Below, piece by piece: positions 1 through 13,049 of a stretch of DNA of 64,000 bases. Source of the DNA: Camelus dromedarius (taxonomy: Eukaryota). The position numbers and the translations under genes were made by a program. Where the stretch lies: contig NC_087437.1 of assembly GCF_036321535.1 (NCBI RefSeq), positions 36,148,001-36,212,000 on the forward strand, written 5' to 3'. Numbering within the stretch: position 1 is the stretch's first letter; each line of letters begins with the position of its first letter. Under the pieces are notes generated by a model. It saw nothing but the letters and a program-made list of their open reading frames with translations, had not been told where the DNA came from and did not search any database.

Positions 1-1760
1 TTTGCTAAATTTCCACCTAATTTTTCTCACTTTTGAGCAATTATAAATGGTATTACATTGTTAATTTCATAATCTGTGTTGATTGCTAGTATACAAGAAT
101 GCAACTGAGTTTTGAATGCTTATCCTGTATGCAGTGAACATACAGGGCTCTTTTATTAATTTCAGGAATTTTTGGTAAATGCATTTTGATTTTCTATGTA
201 GATAATTATGCCATCTATAAATAGACTTTGATTTCTTCTTTCAGTCTGTATGCCACTTACTTCTTTTCTTGCCTGTTGCACTGCCTAGAACTTCCAGCAC
301 TTTAAGAGTGATGAGAGCAGACAGCTTGCTTTGTTCCCAATATTAGGGAAAGGCATTCCATTTGTTTCTGTTAAGCACGTTAATTATAGTAGTTTTTACT
401 TATTTTTTTGTAAATGCTGTTTATCAGTAGAAGTAGTTTCCTTCTATTCCTTTATTTCTGAGAATTTTATACCCGGATCAGTATTGGATTTTGTCAAATA
501 CTTTCATCAATTGATACGGCCATTTAATTTTATTATATAACATGTTCATATAGTTAACATACATAGATTGATATTTCTAATATAGACTCTTGCACTCCTG
601 AAATAAACTCCACTATTTTATGGTATAAAATTCTTTATACATATAAATGCATATAAAGTACACACACATATACATCTATACTTGAATTCAATTGGCTAAT
701 ATTTTATAAGGATTTTTACATTTATATTATTCTGTGATTTTCTTCACTCATACCTGGTATCCTGATACAAAGATAGTACCAGGATAATACTAGCTTCATT
801 AATGATCTTTGAAATGGCCCCTCCTCCTGTATTTTGTAGAGGAGATCATGTACTATTGGTCTTAATTCTTTCATGGTTTGACAGAATTCCTTAATGAAGA
901 CATCTAGGCCTGAAGATTTTTTTCATTGTTGTTTTTATTGATTACAAATTTATTTTCCATAGTAAGTACAGGGTTATTTGAGTTATCTAAACATTTTGGG
1001 TGATCTGTGTTTTTACTTTTTGAGAATTAGGTCCATTTCATCTAAGTTGTCACGTTTATATGTGTAGAGTTGTTCATATTATTGCTTTAATATAATTTCT
1101 ATGTCTACAGTATCTGTTATATTGCCCTGTTTCATTCCTGAGATTCCCTTTTGTCAGTTGCTGAAGGTCTGTCGATTACATTGATCTTTTCAAAGAAACA
1201 ACTCTTCATTTTATTGTTTTTTTTCCAACTTTTTTTTCTGTTTTAAATTTCATTTGTTTCTCTACTTCCTTCCTTTTGCGTGCTTTGAGTTTCTTTTGCT
1301 CTTCATTTCCTAGGTTCTTGAGGTAGGAGCCTAGATTATTGATTTATGACGTTTCCTCTTTACTGGTGGTGTGCATTTAAGTGCCGTAACTTTCTCAACA
1401 CCTCTTGTGTTGTGACTGAGAAATTTTGATAATCTTTTCTTTTACATTTATTTCAGTGAATTTTTTTCTTTTCCATATGTCTTTGTCTTTAACCCATGGA
1501 TGATTTGGAAATGTATTGTTTAGTTTCCAAGTGTTTGGAGGCTTTCCCATTATTTTTGTGTTAACGATTTCTACTTCAGTACCATTGTGGGTGATGACCA
1601 TATCCTGTATGATTTAAATTCTTTTATATTTATTGAGATTTGTTTCAGGATATGATCTATCTTCGTGCATGTCCCATGGGAACTTGCAAGGAATTTTTAT
1701 TCTGTTGTTGGATGAGATGTTCTATAAATGTTGATTAGGTTCTGTTGGTTGATGGTATCT
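1..1760 (-). mobile_element. Old LINE-1 (L1M-type) ORF2 fragment, decayed
   Basis: Antisense L1 ORF2 motifs (e.g. 'ctgaaataaactccactatttt', 'tccatttcatctaagttgtc', 'ttgatctttttcaaagaaacaactc'). ORF 1395..1601(-) reads 'KPPNTWKLNNTFPNHPWVK', resembling L1 ORF2p. Runs off the window edge. Confidence 0.85.
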
Positions 1761-2250
1761 ATATCAGTCTCTTACTGGTGCTGTAACAAATTACCATGGA
1801 TTCAGTGGCTTTGAGCAACAAAAATGTATTCTCTCACATGTTGGGAGAGCAGAAGTCTGAAATCAGTCCTGCTGGACTGAAACCAAGGTTTGGCAGAGTC
1901 ACACTCCTCCTGGGGGCTGTGGGGTGCAATCTGTTACTTGCCTCCCTCCTTCAGCTCCTGGTGGGTGGAGGGATTCCTTGGCTTCTGGGTGCATCACTTC
2001 AATTTTCAAAACTGGTATTTTCAAACCTTTCTCAGATCCACGTTTATGTTTTCTTATGCCTGTGTGTATCAGTCTCCTTCCTTCTGATCATCTAAAGAAT
2101 TCAAATCAGATATGGATGAGACTATGGTTACAGTCCATCCTCAGGCAAAATTTTCAAAACTAGAAGACACGTTATCTGTTTTAAAATACCATCACAGGAT
2201 GGCACAGTATAAGTTGCAGAAATTCCCATTCCAAAATCAAGGTGTTGATA
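1761..2250 (-). mobile_element. MaLR (MLT1-family) LTR/internal fragment inserted in the old L1
   Basis: MLT1 hallmarks 'gctgtaacaaattacca...cagaagtctgaaatcag...ccttggcttctgggtgcatcacttcaat'. A second MLT1-like piece follows at ~2100-2245. Subfamily uncertain. Confidence 0.7.
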
Positions 2251-4000
2251 TGCTTTAATTATGTACTTTTCTATTTATCTTTCTAGTCCTATCAGTTTTC
2301 TTGTCATATTTTACAGCTCAGTTGTTTGGTGCAGACACATTTAGGACAATAATGTGTTTTTGATGGATTGACACGTTTATCATTACATAGAAGTCCCTCT
2401 CTGTATGGAGTAATTTTCTTTGCTCTAAAGAGATAGCAGTCCAAGTATTCCCACTTTCTTTTTATTAATGTTTGCTTGAGATATCTATTTCTATCCTTTT
2501 ACTTTCACCTGCCTAATTTGTTATAATTGAAGTGAGTTTCTTTTAAACAGTATGCAGTTGGGTCATGTTTTACATCCATTTTGCTAATCTCTTTCTCAAT
2601 TGGCAAATTTAGACTAATTGCACTTAATATAATTATTGCATATTAGAATGTAAGTATGCTACTTAAATTTTGCAGGGTAGGGGGGAGGTTTGTGGATTTT
2701 TTGGTTCCTCTGTTTTTCCCCTCTGCCTTCTTGTGAGTTTCTTTAACTCTTAGTAGAATTCCATTTTGATTTATTTTTAGTGGGTTATTTTTTTAGTCTG
2801 TCTCTTTTCATAGCTTTTCTAGTGGTTGCTTTAAGTATTACATTAGTTCAGATACAATGTATATATATACACCATATTTAAGTATTACATTATATCAGAC
2901 AAAATACATGTTATGTATACACACGTATTTATTACATTATGTTAATTAGAATGTATTGTTGCTATCATTTTAGAGCTTGAATGAAGTGTAGAAACCTTAC
3001 TTCTCTTATCATTCCTTTACTCTTCCCTGTTTATAATTGCTTCAAGTGTTTATCCTATATACATTTAGAACTACATCAGTCAGGCATTGCTATAATTCTT
3101 GCTTCAACCAGCAGGCAAAATTTTGAAAACTCAAAGGAAGGAAAATCTATTCTATTCACCTGTACTTACTTTTCCCTATCGTTCTTTATTCCTTCCGGAT
3201 GTTTCAAGTTTCCTCCTTACCCATTCTTTAAGGGTGAGTTTACTGGCAACAGATTCTCAGAGTTTTTCTTTATTTGAAATATCTTGATTTCCTTTTCATT
3301 CCTGAAGGACATTTTAACTTGATAAAGGATTCTGTGTTACCAGTTCTTTTCTTTAAGGGCTTGAAAAATGAGGTACCACTTCCTTCTAGTCTCCACGGTT
3401 TCTAATGAGAAATCTACTTTCATTTGAGTTGTTTTTCCCTAGGAGGTGAGGCTTTGTTTCTGTCTCACTGCTTTCCATATTTTCTTTTTAGTTTGTATGT
3501 CTCTGGGATACCACCCGGGCATGTGTGAGGGGTGGATTGAAGAGCTGCATTATAGCTCTGTGAGGGGTGGAAATCTTGCCTCTTTACTCAACCTTTGGTG
3601 GTTTGGATGGGGGGGGGCGGTATTTCTGGTGCTGTTTGTCTGCAATCTAGCAGTTATTGTCTAAAAGATTTCTGTCTTCTTAAGCTGTCCCTTTCCTGGA
3701 TTTTTTTTTTTTTGGTTTCGTTTTTTTGTTGTGCTTGTTTTTTGGTGCTGCCATTTGCATCTCTGGGTCGGTAGCTCTTTCAGCACCAAGTCCGGGAATC
3801 TTGGCAAAAACAATACTTAAGGAACTCACCAGTTCAGTTGCAAGGCCCTTAGCCATCATTCTGCCTTCTTATCTTACCTTTTCAAAGTCTTAGATTGGTT
3901 TTAATATAATGTCTAGGGGTCTTAGGGGTACTCAATATGAGAAGTATTCAAAAATATGTTTCTTGCATCTTTGTGGAAGTGAAATCCTTCCACTGGCTTT
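2251..4000 (-). mobile_element. Continuation of the old LINE-1 (ORF2 start, ORF1 and 5' region), decayed
   Basis: Antisense L1 motifs such as 'ttgtttggtgcagacacatttagga', 'ttcattcctgaaggacatttt', 'tctaatgagaaatc'. Confidence 0.75.
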
Positions 4001-4118
4001 GTTAATGGTGTTCTATCTACTTATCTATCTCCAAATGTGCATTAGTGCTCCAAAAGGCTGATTCATTATTATGCAATGTCTCATGCATCTTCCCCCTACT
4101 GTCATTTTTTTTTTCCCC

Positions 4119-4286
4119 CAGAGGAAAGTGTGAATTAACACAGTCCCCTCCTACCACAAATTAAGCAGTTGAGTTTCCCACATTTGGGGAAATCATAGGC
4201 GTCAGCACATCCAGAGTGCAGTGGATAAGCCTTGCCCTGGGAAAACCACCTTCAGGATCATGGTACCTCCCCTACCAAGTATGTAT
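4119..4286 (-). pseudogene. U1 snRNA retropseudogene (full length, short oligo-A, 17-bp TSD)
   Basis: Reverse complement reads ATACATACTTGGTAGGGGAGGTACCATGATCCTGAAGGTGGTTTTCCCAGGGCAAGGCTTATCCACTGCACTCTGGATGTGCTGAC...TTTCCCCAAATGTGGGAAACTC...AATTTGTGG...TTTCCTCTG, colinear with U1 from 5' to 3' end. Direct repeat cccctactgtcattttt at 4093-4109 and 4287-4303. T-run at 4105-4114. Confidence 0.97.
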
Positions 4287-6769
4287 CCCCTACTGTCATT
4301 TTTAAACAGAAATGCTATACAAAAATTTTGATGAAATCCTGACTTAGATTGCTTTTATTCTGAATACCTATGCAGAAAAGTGTGCTCAGTTTTCTAGTTT
4401 TAACTTTTAGCATAAGCATAGCTACATTTATTTATAGTCCATTATTCTGCAAAATAACTTAAACACCAGAGGGTTAAGTGTTCAGTGACTTCCAAGGTGT
4501 ATCCAGGTAATGTAGTCTAATCAGGCAACTAAAATATACCCTCCAGCAAGTAGATTATATGAAATTGTTGACCTAGGGTTGGAAATAATTTCAGAGGAAA
4601 TGACTTCCAATTAAATGCAATTCTTTCCTTAGTGTAGCTGGAATCAGCACTGTAGATGCAATTTTCTTCATTCTGGAAATAAAACTTACCATCAATAAGT
4701 AATCAAAGATTCTAAAGCCCTATGATCTGCTTTTTTTCTTCTTGTTCTCTTCTTTTCTTTGTGGATAAACTAGGTTTCAATCTATTTAGGACCTTTTCAA
4801 TGATACAAAACATTGCTAACACTCATATCTATAATACTAAACCTGACTAATTTACAGAATAGGCATATTATTAGATATTGAGTAGTGGGAATGCTTGTAA
4901 GAAAATGTTCAGAGACAGGAATACTTTGTGAACAATATTGCTCATACTGTGATTCTGTAATAGTGACCAGCTGCACCTACTGAACAATCTCATTTGGTTT
5001 TTATTACTTATTTTTAACTTTAGTACTAAAGTGCTGAGGCAGCTAAGTAAGCACAGAGGCATTTTTTGAATACTAATCTTAGACAGCAACCTCTGTTATA
5101 TCAAATACATTTTTAATGGAAAAAAAGAAGATAGAAAGTTTCAACACTAACTTAATTTAGAATTTACCGGGTTTTTTTCTTATGAGATGTAAATTTTCCA
5201 CCACATGATTATTTTTATTGCTTTAGTAGGGTAAATGTCATCTGCAGAACTCCTGAGTTGCTAGAGAATACTATTTATAGCAAAAACAACTGCTCCTTTA
5301 ATCATATTGACACGGTTTATAGCTGTGCTGTAAAGTATTTTTTTATACCTGACACTTAAAACAGAAAACGAAATCAAACTAAGTCTTAATGATTGCTGTT
5401 CTTCTCTGAATGTATGAAACAGAAGAATGTAATAATAACTGAAAATATATTATCAGGGATTAAAAATAATCAATTTGCTATTCAAGAACAAGGAAAAGCA
5501 TTATCTAAATGTGATTTGAAACAATACATGATTAGAAACTGAAAAGAATAAAATATCAAGTATATGGCTATATAGGTTATATTTCTTAATACTAATTAAC
5601 TTTTGGAATACAGTGCATTTTCAATATTTGTCTCTAATAGAGAGCAAGGAAAAACTAGAATTAACTTTCTAAAAGTTATCCAAGTTATTTTCTTGATTCT
5701 GCAGTCTTCACTGAAGCTAATCTAAAGTTAGTGCCTAATCTATTAAAATATCAATTTAAATGCCCAATTGTATTAATTATAAGTGTTCACCATAAAGAAA
5801 TCTAGCAATTTTTTTCTCCATTATTAAGTATGTGAATTTCCCAAGATATCCTATAGTTGAAATATCCCCAGTGATTTAATTATTCTCTATTCAAGTTGGT
5901 TATGTACAACTGACTCTGGTGGATGTCAGGATATAAATAAGTGTGGACTGGCCAACTTCAAAAGGTCTCCTCAACAATTGTCATTTTATGAGCCAAATGA
6001 TTAGCTGAAGAGAATAATAAAATCTCAGTCAAGATTCAGGAATTGCTTTCTGGCCAATCATTTCAATTGAGCAATCATATCAGATGGGGAACCAATCTCT
6101 TGTGATCTTTATGTTCTATATTATTTTTGAGACTACTTTTAAATATGCTTTGATATCTACAGGGAGGAATTATAAGTTTTTATTTTGATTAGCAATTAAG
6201 TATTTTTGTAAATGCTGAACTTAGTGTCACATTCTCTCGAATATTTCATTATTATTAAGTTGTCATGTATTATAATATATTTGCATCATATTATGAACAT
6301 TTTACTGTTACATCTATATTTCCTATTGGAAATTATAAATATTTAAATTGTAGTATGAACTCTTTATGTGCAAATTTTAATATATGTGTGTGTATAGATA
6401 TAAATATTTTAGGTCTAAGTTTGTTTTAGCTAGTTTTTGTTCTACATTACTGGAATTACTATTCTTTGACTCTTTTATAATCTAATTTTCATATAATTAG
6501 TAACACTGAATTCAATAAAATTAGTAACAGTAGCTTTACAAAGTAGACAGTATTAAATTATTTAATGAACATGTAAATCAATGAAAGAAAATGTTTGTTT
6601 ATTATTGCTGGCAATTTTTTTTTTTTTTTTTTTTTTTTTTAGTTACTGGTTCCTACTTATTTGAAAGATAACTCTGATGAAAAGTTTTCAAAAAATGATT
6701 GTCTATTTTGGAGTTAAATGTAAAAATGGAAATAATGTCTGAATGAATGTTTCCATTTTTTGGTTAAAG

Positions 6770-6860
6770 TTTTAAGCTTGTTATTTTGAACTAATTATAA
6801 ACTTACAGAAATGTTGCAAAAAATAGCATACGGAATCCCAATATACCTCTTCTGCAGCTT
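6770..6860 (-). mobile_element. Short old L1 3'-end relic (L1MC/ME-like)
   Basis: 'ttattttgaactaattataaacttacagaaatgttgcaaaaaatagcatacggaatccc' resembles old L1 3' termini in antisense. Confidence 0.55.
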
Positions 6861-6926
6861 CACTTCCTGATGCAAAAGGAAATGTGGACACTCCAGAAAC
6901 TCCTGGCGCATGACTCCATCTCGGAG
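6858..6926 (+). other. Candidate 69-nt cassette exon (LHFLMQKEMWTLQKLLAHDSISE in phase 0)
   Basis: Acceptor cctcttctgcag|, donor gag|gtaatc, length a multiple of 3, open in phase 0, two CpGs. No recognised homology. Confidence 0.2.
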
Positions 6927-7057
6927 GTAATCTTAACCTGGATCTTGACATTGCACAAGGTCAAAGCTACATATCTGAACTATATTACATGATTTATGAC
7001 TTTGAAGTACCACTTTGGAGCAGAATATGATTTTGTCTTAGCTATATTTCACTGTGC

Positions 7058-7098
7058 TTTTTTCATGAACACAAGTAATATTTGTGTTCATGAAAAAA
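7058..7098. repeat. Inverted repeat, 17-bp perfect arms, 7-nt spacer
   Basis: ttttttcatgaacacaa (7058-7074) / ttgtgttcatgaaaaaa (7082-7098). Confidence 0.9.
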
Positions 7099-7729
7099 CA
7101 AGTAATTTCCAGGAGAAAGATAAATTCTCAACCTTTACTCCTCTTCTTTGCTAAATTCTTAGGGCATCCATAGTTCAGCAACTTCCCGAGACCTAAACAA
7201 GCTATGTCATTCATTATATGTGTGTATGTGTTGCATTTTGCAGTGAATGTTTAATGCATTTTACGCTAGGTTTTAATCATATAAAAAAAAAAACAGAATT
7301 TAACTAGTAGTTCTGTTAAAAAATTAGATGTAGGTATTACTTTAACTTACAGCATTATTAATAGTATAATCATTAAGAAACATGTAAATTCAAGGAGTAT
7401 TAATTTTAACCATATAATCTATTAATTTGTTTGGCAATCTTTTGAAATTCTCCTTCACCTGGAAATAATGGTGAAACTCCTTATTACAGCATCTCAGACA
7501 TTTCACTATCTGACTCTAACTTTTTTTGCTGCTCATTTCCTACCACTGCACATCCCTTGTATTGTATTCACTTGTGGTTTTTCCCTTAGCCCTTGCCTCT
7601 ATACTGTCTTATCCACATTGTACTGCTCCCTCTCTTCTCGGCTGTCGATTTAAGCGTTCCCTTCTATCCTCTGATATTACTTTGGTCATAACACAAGAAG
7701 AGTACTTATCAAAGTGTGTTATATTTAGT

Positions 7730-7870
7730 TTTATGATCTTCTCTCTCCTCTACTGGATAATGAGTCCCATCAAGTCAGGGCCACTTAGGCATGTTTGTAT
7801 CCACAGAGCACAGCATAATTTCTGGAATGTTGTGGATATTTTAATAGAGATTTTGATTCAGTGAATCAAT
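7730..7870 (+). mobile_element. L2 3'-end relic
   Basis: 'ctctactggataatgagtccc...gtatccacagagcacagcataatttctggaatgttgtgg...cagtgaatcaat' follows the L2 3' terminal pattern. Confidence 0.55.
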
Positions 7871-8079
7871 ACATTGTCAGGATTTAAGAACTAATTTAAA
7901 ATATAAAAGTAACTGCCATGGCACAGCTCTTCCATAAAAGTAACACATTTTAAATATTAACAAATTCAACGTGAACCAAAGCTAGATAGATGGTTTCATG
8001 GGAATTTGACAGGATAGTGCACTATGTGGAGCTGTTACCTGAAAGAGTAATATGTATATTTATTTTTTTTTTTCTGAAG

Positions 8080-8085
8080 GGTTTA
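8080..8085 (+). other. Candidate 6-nt microexon (GGTTTA)
   Basis: Long T-tract + ctgaag| GGTTTA |gtaagtg: polypyrimidine acceptor followed 6 nt later by a consensus GTAAGT donor. Confidence 0.35.
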
Positions 8086-8184
8086 GTAAGTGCTATCTGT
8101 GTAACACTGAATGCAGTTACACAAGACAAATACAGAAATGGCAACAGTGGCCATCTTTATTTATCTCTGAGTAATGAATGAAAA

Positions 8185-8420
8185 TAGTGGTTAACAATGT
8201 TTAAGTGCTTGTAGATAGTTCTATATTCTTTGCACGTACCTGCTCTCCTGATCCTTGCATACTTCTATAGTGAAGATACTGTTATTCATCCAGTTTAAAA
8301 GATCCAAAGCTGTGACTGATAGAGGCTAAATAACTTGCCAAAGGACATTCAGATAGGAAGTTGTAGAGCTCAGCGGCCCAGGGTCTTGCTTCAGATTCGG
8401 GGTTGTTACTCCTGTATTAC
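8185..8420 (-). mobile_element. MIR SINE relic
   Basis: MIR core in antisense: 'atactgttattcatccagttt...agaggctaaataacttgccaaaggacattcagataggaag...gagctc'. Confidence 0.7.
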
Positions 8421-9879
8421 CCTACTCCCCAGTGTTTATAAAGAGCAGGCTGTAGAAAGAGCAATAGATTAAAGATGGCAACAGAGATCCTGTACAACCA
8501 CAGCCTACTCATGCAGGCAAAATAAGATGTTGGATTGTTAGATATACTATAAAATTGTTTCTAGAGTCTTCTTGATTTGATTTATTTTGAAATTTTCTAA
8601 ATTTTTTCCACTATGTTTCTTTTTTTCTTTTTTTTCCTGTGATCCTTATTTTATTCCTTTATTCTCTTTTCTCACCCTAAGAAAATAAAGTCAATGAGTA
8701 GATGTCAGAACATAACATTATCTCTCAATTCTAGAGAGATGGCTGGCTGGCATAAATTCTATGGACTTAATGCAAAAAAATTGTATTAGGTGGTAGCCCC
8801 ATTTCAAAGTGTTTGCCTCTTCATAGCTCACTGCCACGCCAAGATCTGTCTTTTTCAATGACTGGAGGATTTTCAAGTCTGTGTGTACCTCCTAGAAAAG
8901 TGCTAATTTTCTTGGCAAGTCAAAAACAGAACATCTGCTTACACTGACTCACTAGTTGAAAAACAATAAGGAAAACTTTTTCTTTTCCTTTTCTCTGCTA
9001 GTGATATGACTGTAATACCCTACTGCATATTAATGACTCTCAAGATGCATTCTTGTTTGAATGGTCAGAAATAAAATGATGCAATATTGAGTTATAAAAC
9101 AGAAATAAACCATATTAGCTAAATACTTTCTTCACCAAATAAAAACATACACATATAATATAACAGTAAAATAAATGAAACATTTTAAAAGGAAGTTCTT
9201 CTTGTTTATAATCATCCTTCCCTAGTTACATGACAGCTAATGTAGTATTCATGGTCAAATTTAACTTTTGAGACCATCTGTGCTATGCAAGATGTCATGG
9301 AAATAAAGGCTGTTTTGAAATAAAAAGAGAACAAAAACCTTATTCAGAGAACACCTCCCAGCTGTGTTACCAGTTACTGTGCAATCATCTTTCATTATAC
9401 ATGCTGTATGGGGTATGGAGGATGATTAGAAATGCAAACCTGATGTTCTGAATTTGTACATCTCTCTTAGGGCCAGATCTTCTTAGCAGGGAATTTAGCC
9501 TCAGATTCCAACTGTAGCTCATGAAATGTTTTGCTAAGTCACTAATATTTATGGAGTGATAACTCAAATATTCTAAAAAGCACCTTAAAGACACGGACAA
9601 GTTCTAAAATTCTTACATTTATAGAATACTAGACACTGAGCAGTGTAAGACTAAGCAAAATCAGAACCATACTGTTATCACCTTTGTTTTCTTCTTTTTC
9701 CAATTCAGTTAAACCTGACTGGACACCATTAATGTTTTTGTTACAAGCTTAGCAATTAGAGCTGTTTAGATTGTATATGATCATCCTTACTAAGGCACGT
9801 ATTGACAATAACTCTAATTTTGGAAAATGTAATAGCTATGATTTGGTTATACCAGTATTTCAATATTTATATTTTTCTA

Positions 9880-10595
9880 ATATTTTTATTGAAATATAGT
9901 CAGTTTACAATGTAGTGTCAATTTCTGGTGTACAGCACAATACTTCAATCATATAGGAACATACATTCATTTTCATACTTTTTAACCATAAGTTACTACA
10001 AGATACTGAATATAGTTCCTTGTGCTATACAGTATAAACTTGTTTATCTATTTTATATATAGTAGTTAATATCTGCAGATCTCAGACTCCCAATTTATCC
10101 CTTCCCACCTCCTTACTCCCCTTGGTAACCATAATTTTGTTTTCTATGTCTGTGAGTCTGTTTCTTTTTTGTAAGTAAGTTTTTCTTTTTCTTTTTTTTA
10201 AAATTCCACATATAAGTGATATCATATGGTATTTTTCTTTCTCTTTCTGACTTACTTCACTTAGAATGACATTCTCCAGGTCTATTCATGTTGTGGCAAA
10301 TGGCATTATTTTATTCTTTTTTATGGCTGAGTAGTATTCCATTATGTAAATATGCCACAACTTCTTTATCCAGTCCTCTGTCGATGGACATTTAGGTTGT
10401 TTCCATGTCTTGGCTATTGTAAATAGTGCTGCTATGAACACTGGGGTGCATGTATCTTTTTGAGTTAAGGTTCCCTCTGGATATATGCCCAGGAGTGGGA
10501 TTCCTAGATCATATGGTAAGTCTACTTTTAGTCTTTTGAGGAATCTCCATATTGTTTTCTGTAATGGCTACACCAAACTACATTCCCACCAATAC
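9880..10595 (-). mobile_element. Relatively young LINE-1 3' end (cetartiodactyl/camelid type), 5'-truncated
   Basis: Starts 'tttttattgaaatatagtcagtttacaatgtagtgtcaatttctggtgtacagc'. Well-preserved 3'UTR and ORF2 end ('tggctgagtagtattccatt', 'aggagtgggattcctagatcatatgg'). Confidence 0.9.
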
Positions 10596-11769
10596 TACTA
10601 TTTACTATAACATCTAAAGAAAGGTCATTCTAAAGAAATCAAACACAAACTAGTCAGAAGCACATCATGTCATAGCTTTACATTTGCTTTATTTAAGCTA
10701 GAGCAAATATTTAAAATTGTTAATTTCAACTTACTACACTTAATTTATATATCTAGTAAATGAAGCTTAAACTATATAATAAATGTATATTCAAAATAGT
10801 GTTTTGTGAGATTATCAGATAAAATATGTATTCAAAAGTTAAAAATCAAGGTTCAGAATGCCTACAGTAATTAAAGTAACAAAAGTGATTATACATATCA
10901 CACAAAAATAAAAATACCTGGTGGATATATACCTCAACTACTAAACTTTTAACTTTGAGAAACTATTAAAAGAAAATTTTGATTGATACATAACACCTTA
11001 TAAAAGTGGTTAAAAGAAGATTCTCTTATATCCAATACCTATTTGCCAGCTAAAATGTTAGTTACATAAAATGTGCATTGGCAAAATATTATCTAAAATA
11101 TAAAATAATGAGAAGTTGTAATTGAGGGTTACAAAAAAATCCAAACTATCCTGTATTCCCTTTAATTTTTGTTGTTTATTTTAAATAGAACCCACTTGGT
11201 GGCCATAATCTTATTTATAATTTAGAATTTTTCTTCAGTTTGTTAAACTGAGGGATTGGGGTAAAGGAGGAGGCACAGTGACAAGATGTCATTGGTTAAC
11301 TGAGACATCAGACTCATGAAATTTATGTGATTAAAAACCAACTTTGGAGTTCTAAAGTTTAAAAATAACAACAAAAATTCTATTAATTCCATTTTAACAT
11401 TCCTTTTTCTTTTCTGCCTCCTATTCTGCTACTCTTTCTCAGATAAAAATCTTAATGACAGCCTATGCAATAGTCTGGTTTATAATTAGCTCTGGATGCA
11501 ATTAGAAGGCATCACGTTCTCAAAGTGATACTACTTCAGCCTCATTCTTTTTTTGTGTATCTCAAGACTTTGCCTGATCCTGTTAATTTTCTCTCCATCA
11601 TAAACTCTCCTTGAATTCTACCAAAGACCCCCACTGACCTGAAGCTGCAGTAGTTTGTAGTGGTGTATCAACTCCCATTAAAAATGTATTTACTTTCAAT
11701 TTCAGGCTGTTAAATACTGTGGCAGAAAGTCAAATCATTTTGCTGAGATACTACTTCATAATTTTTCCA

Positions 11770-13045
11770 TTTTTAAGAAGTAATACAGTTGATGTATAAA
11801 ATTGTTAGTTTGAGGTATACTACATAGTGATTTGATATTTCCATATGCTATGACATGATCACCACAATTAACCTAGTAACCATCTGTCCCCATAAAAAGT
11901 TATTACAGTGTTATTGACCGTATTATTTGTTATGTATTATATTGATGTGGCTTATTTTATAACTGGAGATTTGTACCTCTGAATTCCCTTCACTATTTCA
12001 GTTCATTTCAATCTCCTCCCCTCTGACAACTACTCATCTGTTCTCTGTATTTGAGTCTATTTTCATTTTCTTATTTGCTTTGCTTTTTAATTTTCCACTT
12101 ATGAGATCATACAGTACTTGTCTTTATCTGACTTACTTCACTTAACCTAATGCATCTAGGTACATCCATATTGTCACAAATGGCACAGTTTCATTTTTCA
12201 TTTTATGGCTGAGCAGTATTCCATTTTGTGTGTGTGTGTGTGTATACACATGCATAGAACACACACTACATCTTATTTATCCGTTCGTCTATTGATGGGC
12301 ATTTAGATTGCTTCCATATCTTGGCTATTGTCAAAAATTCTCTGATGAACATAGGGGTGCATATATCTTTTCACATTAGTATGTTTGTTCTTTCAGGTAA
12401 ATACCCAGGAGTGAAATTGCTGGATGATAAGGAAGTTCTTTTAATTTTGTGAGGAACCCCCATACTGTTTTCCACAGTGGATGCACCAATTTCCAATCCC
12501 ACCAGACAGTACCTAAAGGTTCTCTTTTCTCCAGTCCTCACCAACACTTGTTGTCTTTTTTGATGATAGCCATCCTGAAAGGGGAGAAGAGTTATCCTAT
12601 CTTGGTTGAATTTGCACTTGCCTGATGATTAGTAATGTTGAGCATCTTTTCAAGTGTCTCTTGGCCATCTGTTATGTCCGGGGAAAAATGTCTATTCAGG
12701 TCCTCTGCCCATTTTTTAATTAGTTTTTGTTGTTGATGTAGGGTTGTATAAGTTCTTTGTGTATTTTGGATATTAACCGCTTATCAGATACATTGTTTGC
12801 AAATATCTTTTCCCATTCAATAAGCTGCCTTTTTGTTTTGTTGATAGTTTTCTTCCCTACGCAAAAGCTTTTCAGTTTGACCTAGTCCCATTAGTTTATT
12901 TTTGTTTTTGTTTCCCTTGCCTGAGTAGACAGATCTAAAAAATTACTGCAAAGACCAATGTCAAAAAAAGCTACTGCCTATGTTTTCTTCTAGGCATTTT
13001 ATGGTTTTAGGTCTTACATTTAAGTCTCTAATCCATTTGAGTTTG
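11770..13045 (-). mobile_element. LINE-1 3' end and ORF2 C-terminal region, 5'-truncated
   Basis: Antisense L1 3'UTR and ORF2 motifs; includes (TG)n at ~12228-12243. Confidence 0.9.
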
Positions 13046-13049
13046 TTTG

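Noticed and set aside
4684..4792. Minus-strand exon-like stretch (VLNRLKPSLSTKKRREQEEKK...)
   Set aside because: Explained by a purine-rich low-complexity tract; poor acceptor and no partner exons found.
6615..6717. Poly-T + AG acceptor followed by LLVPTYLKDNSDEKFSKNDCLFWS*
   Set aside because: Mononucleotide run with no other support; similar chance acceptors occur at ~9708, ~11442 and ~11705.
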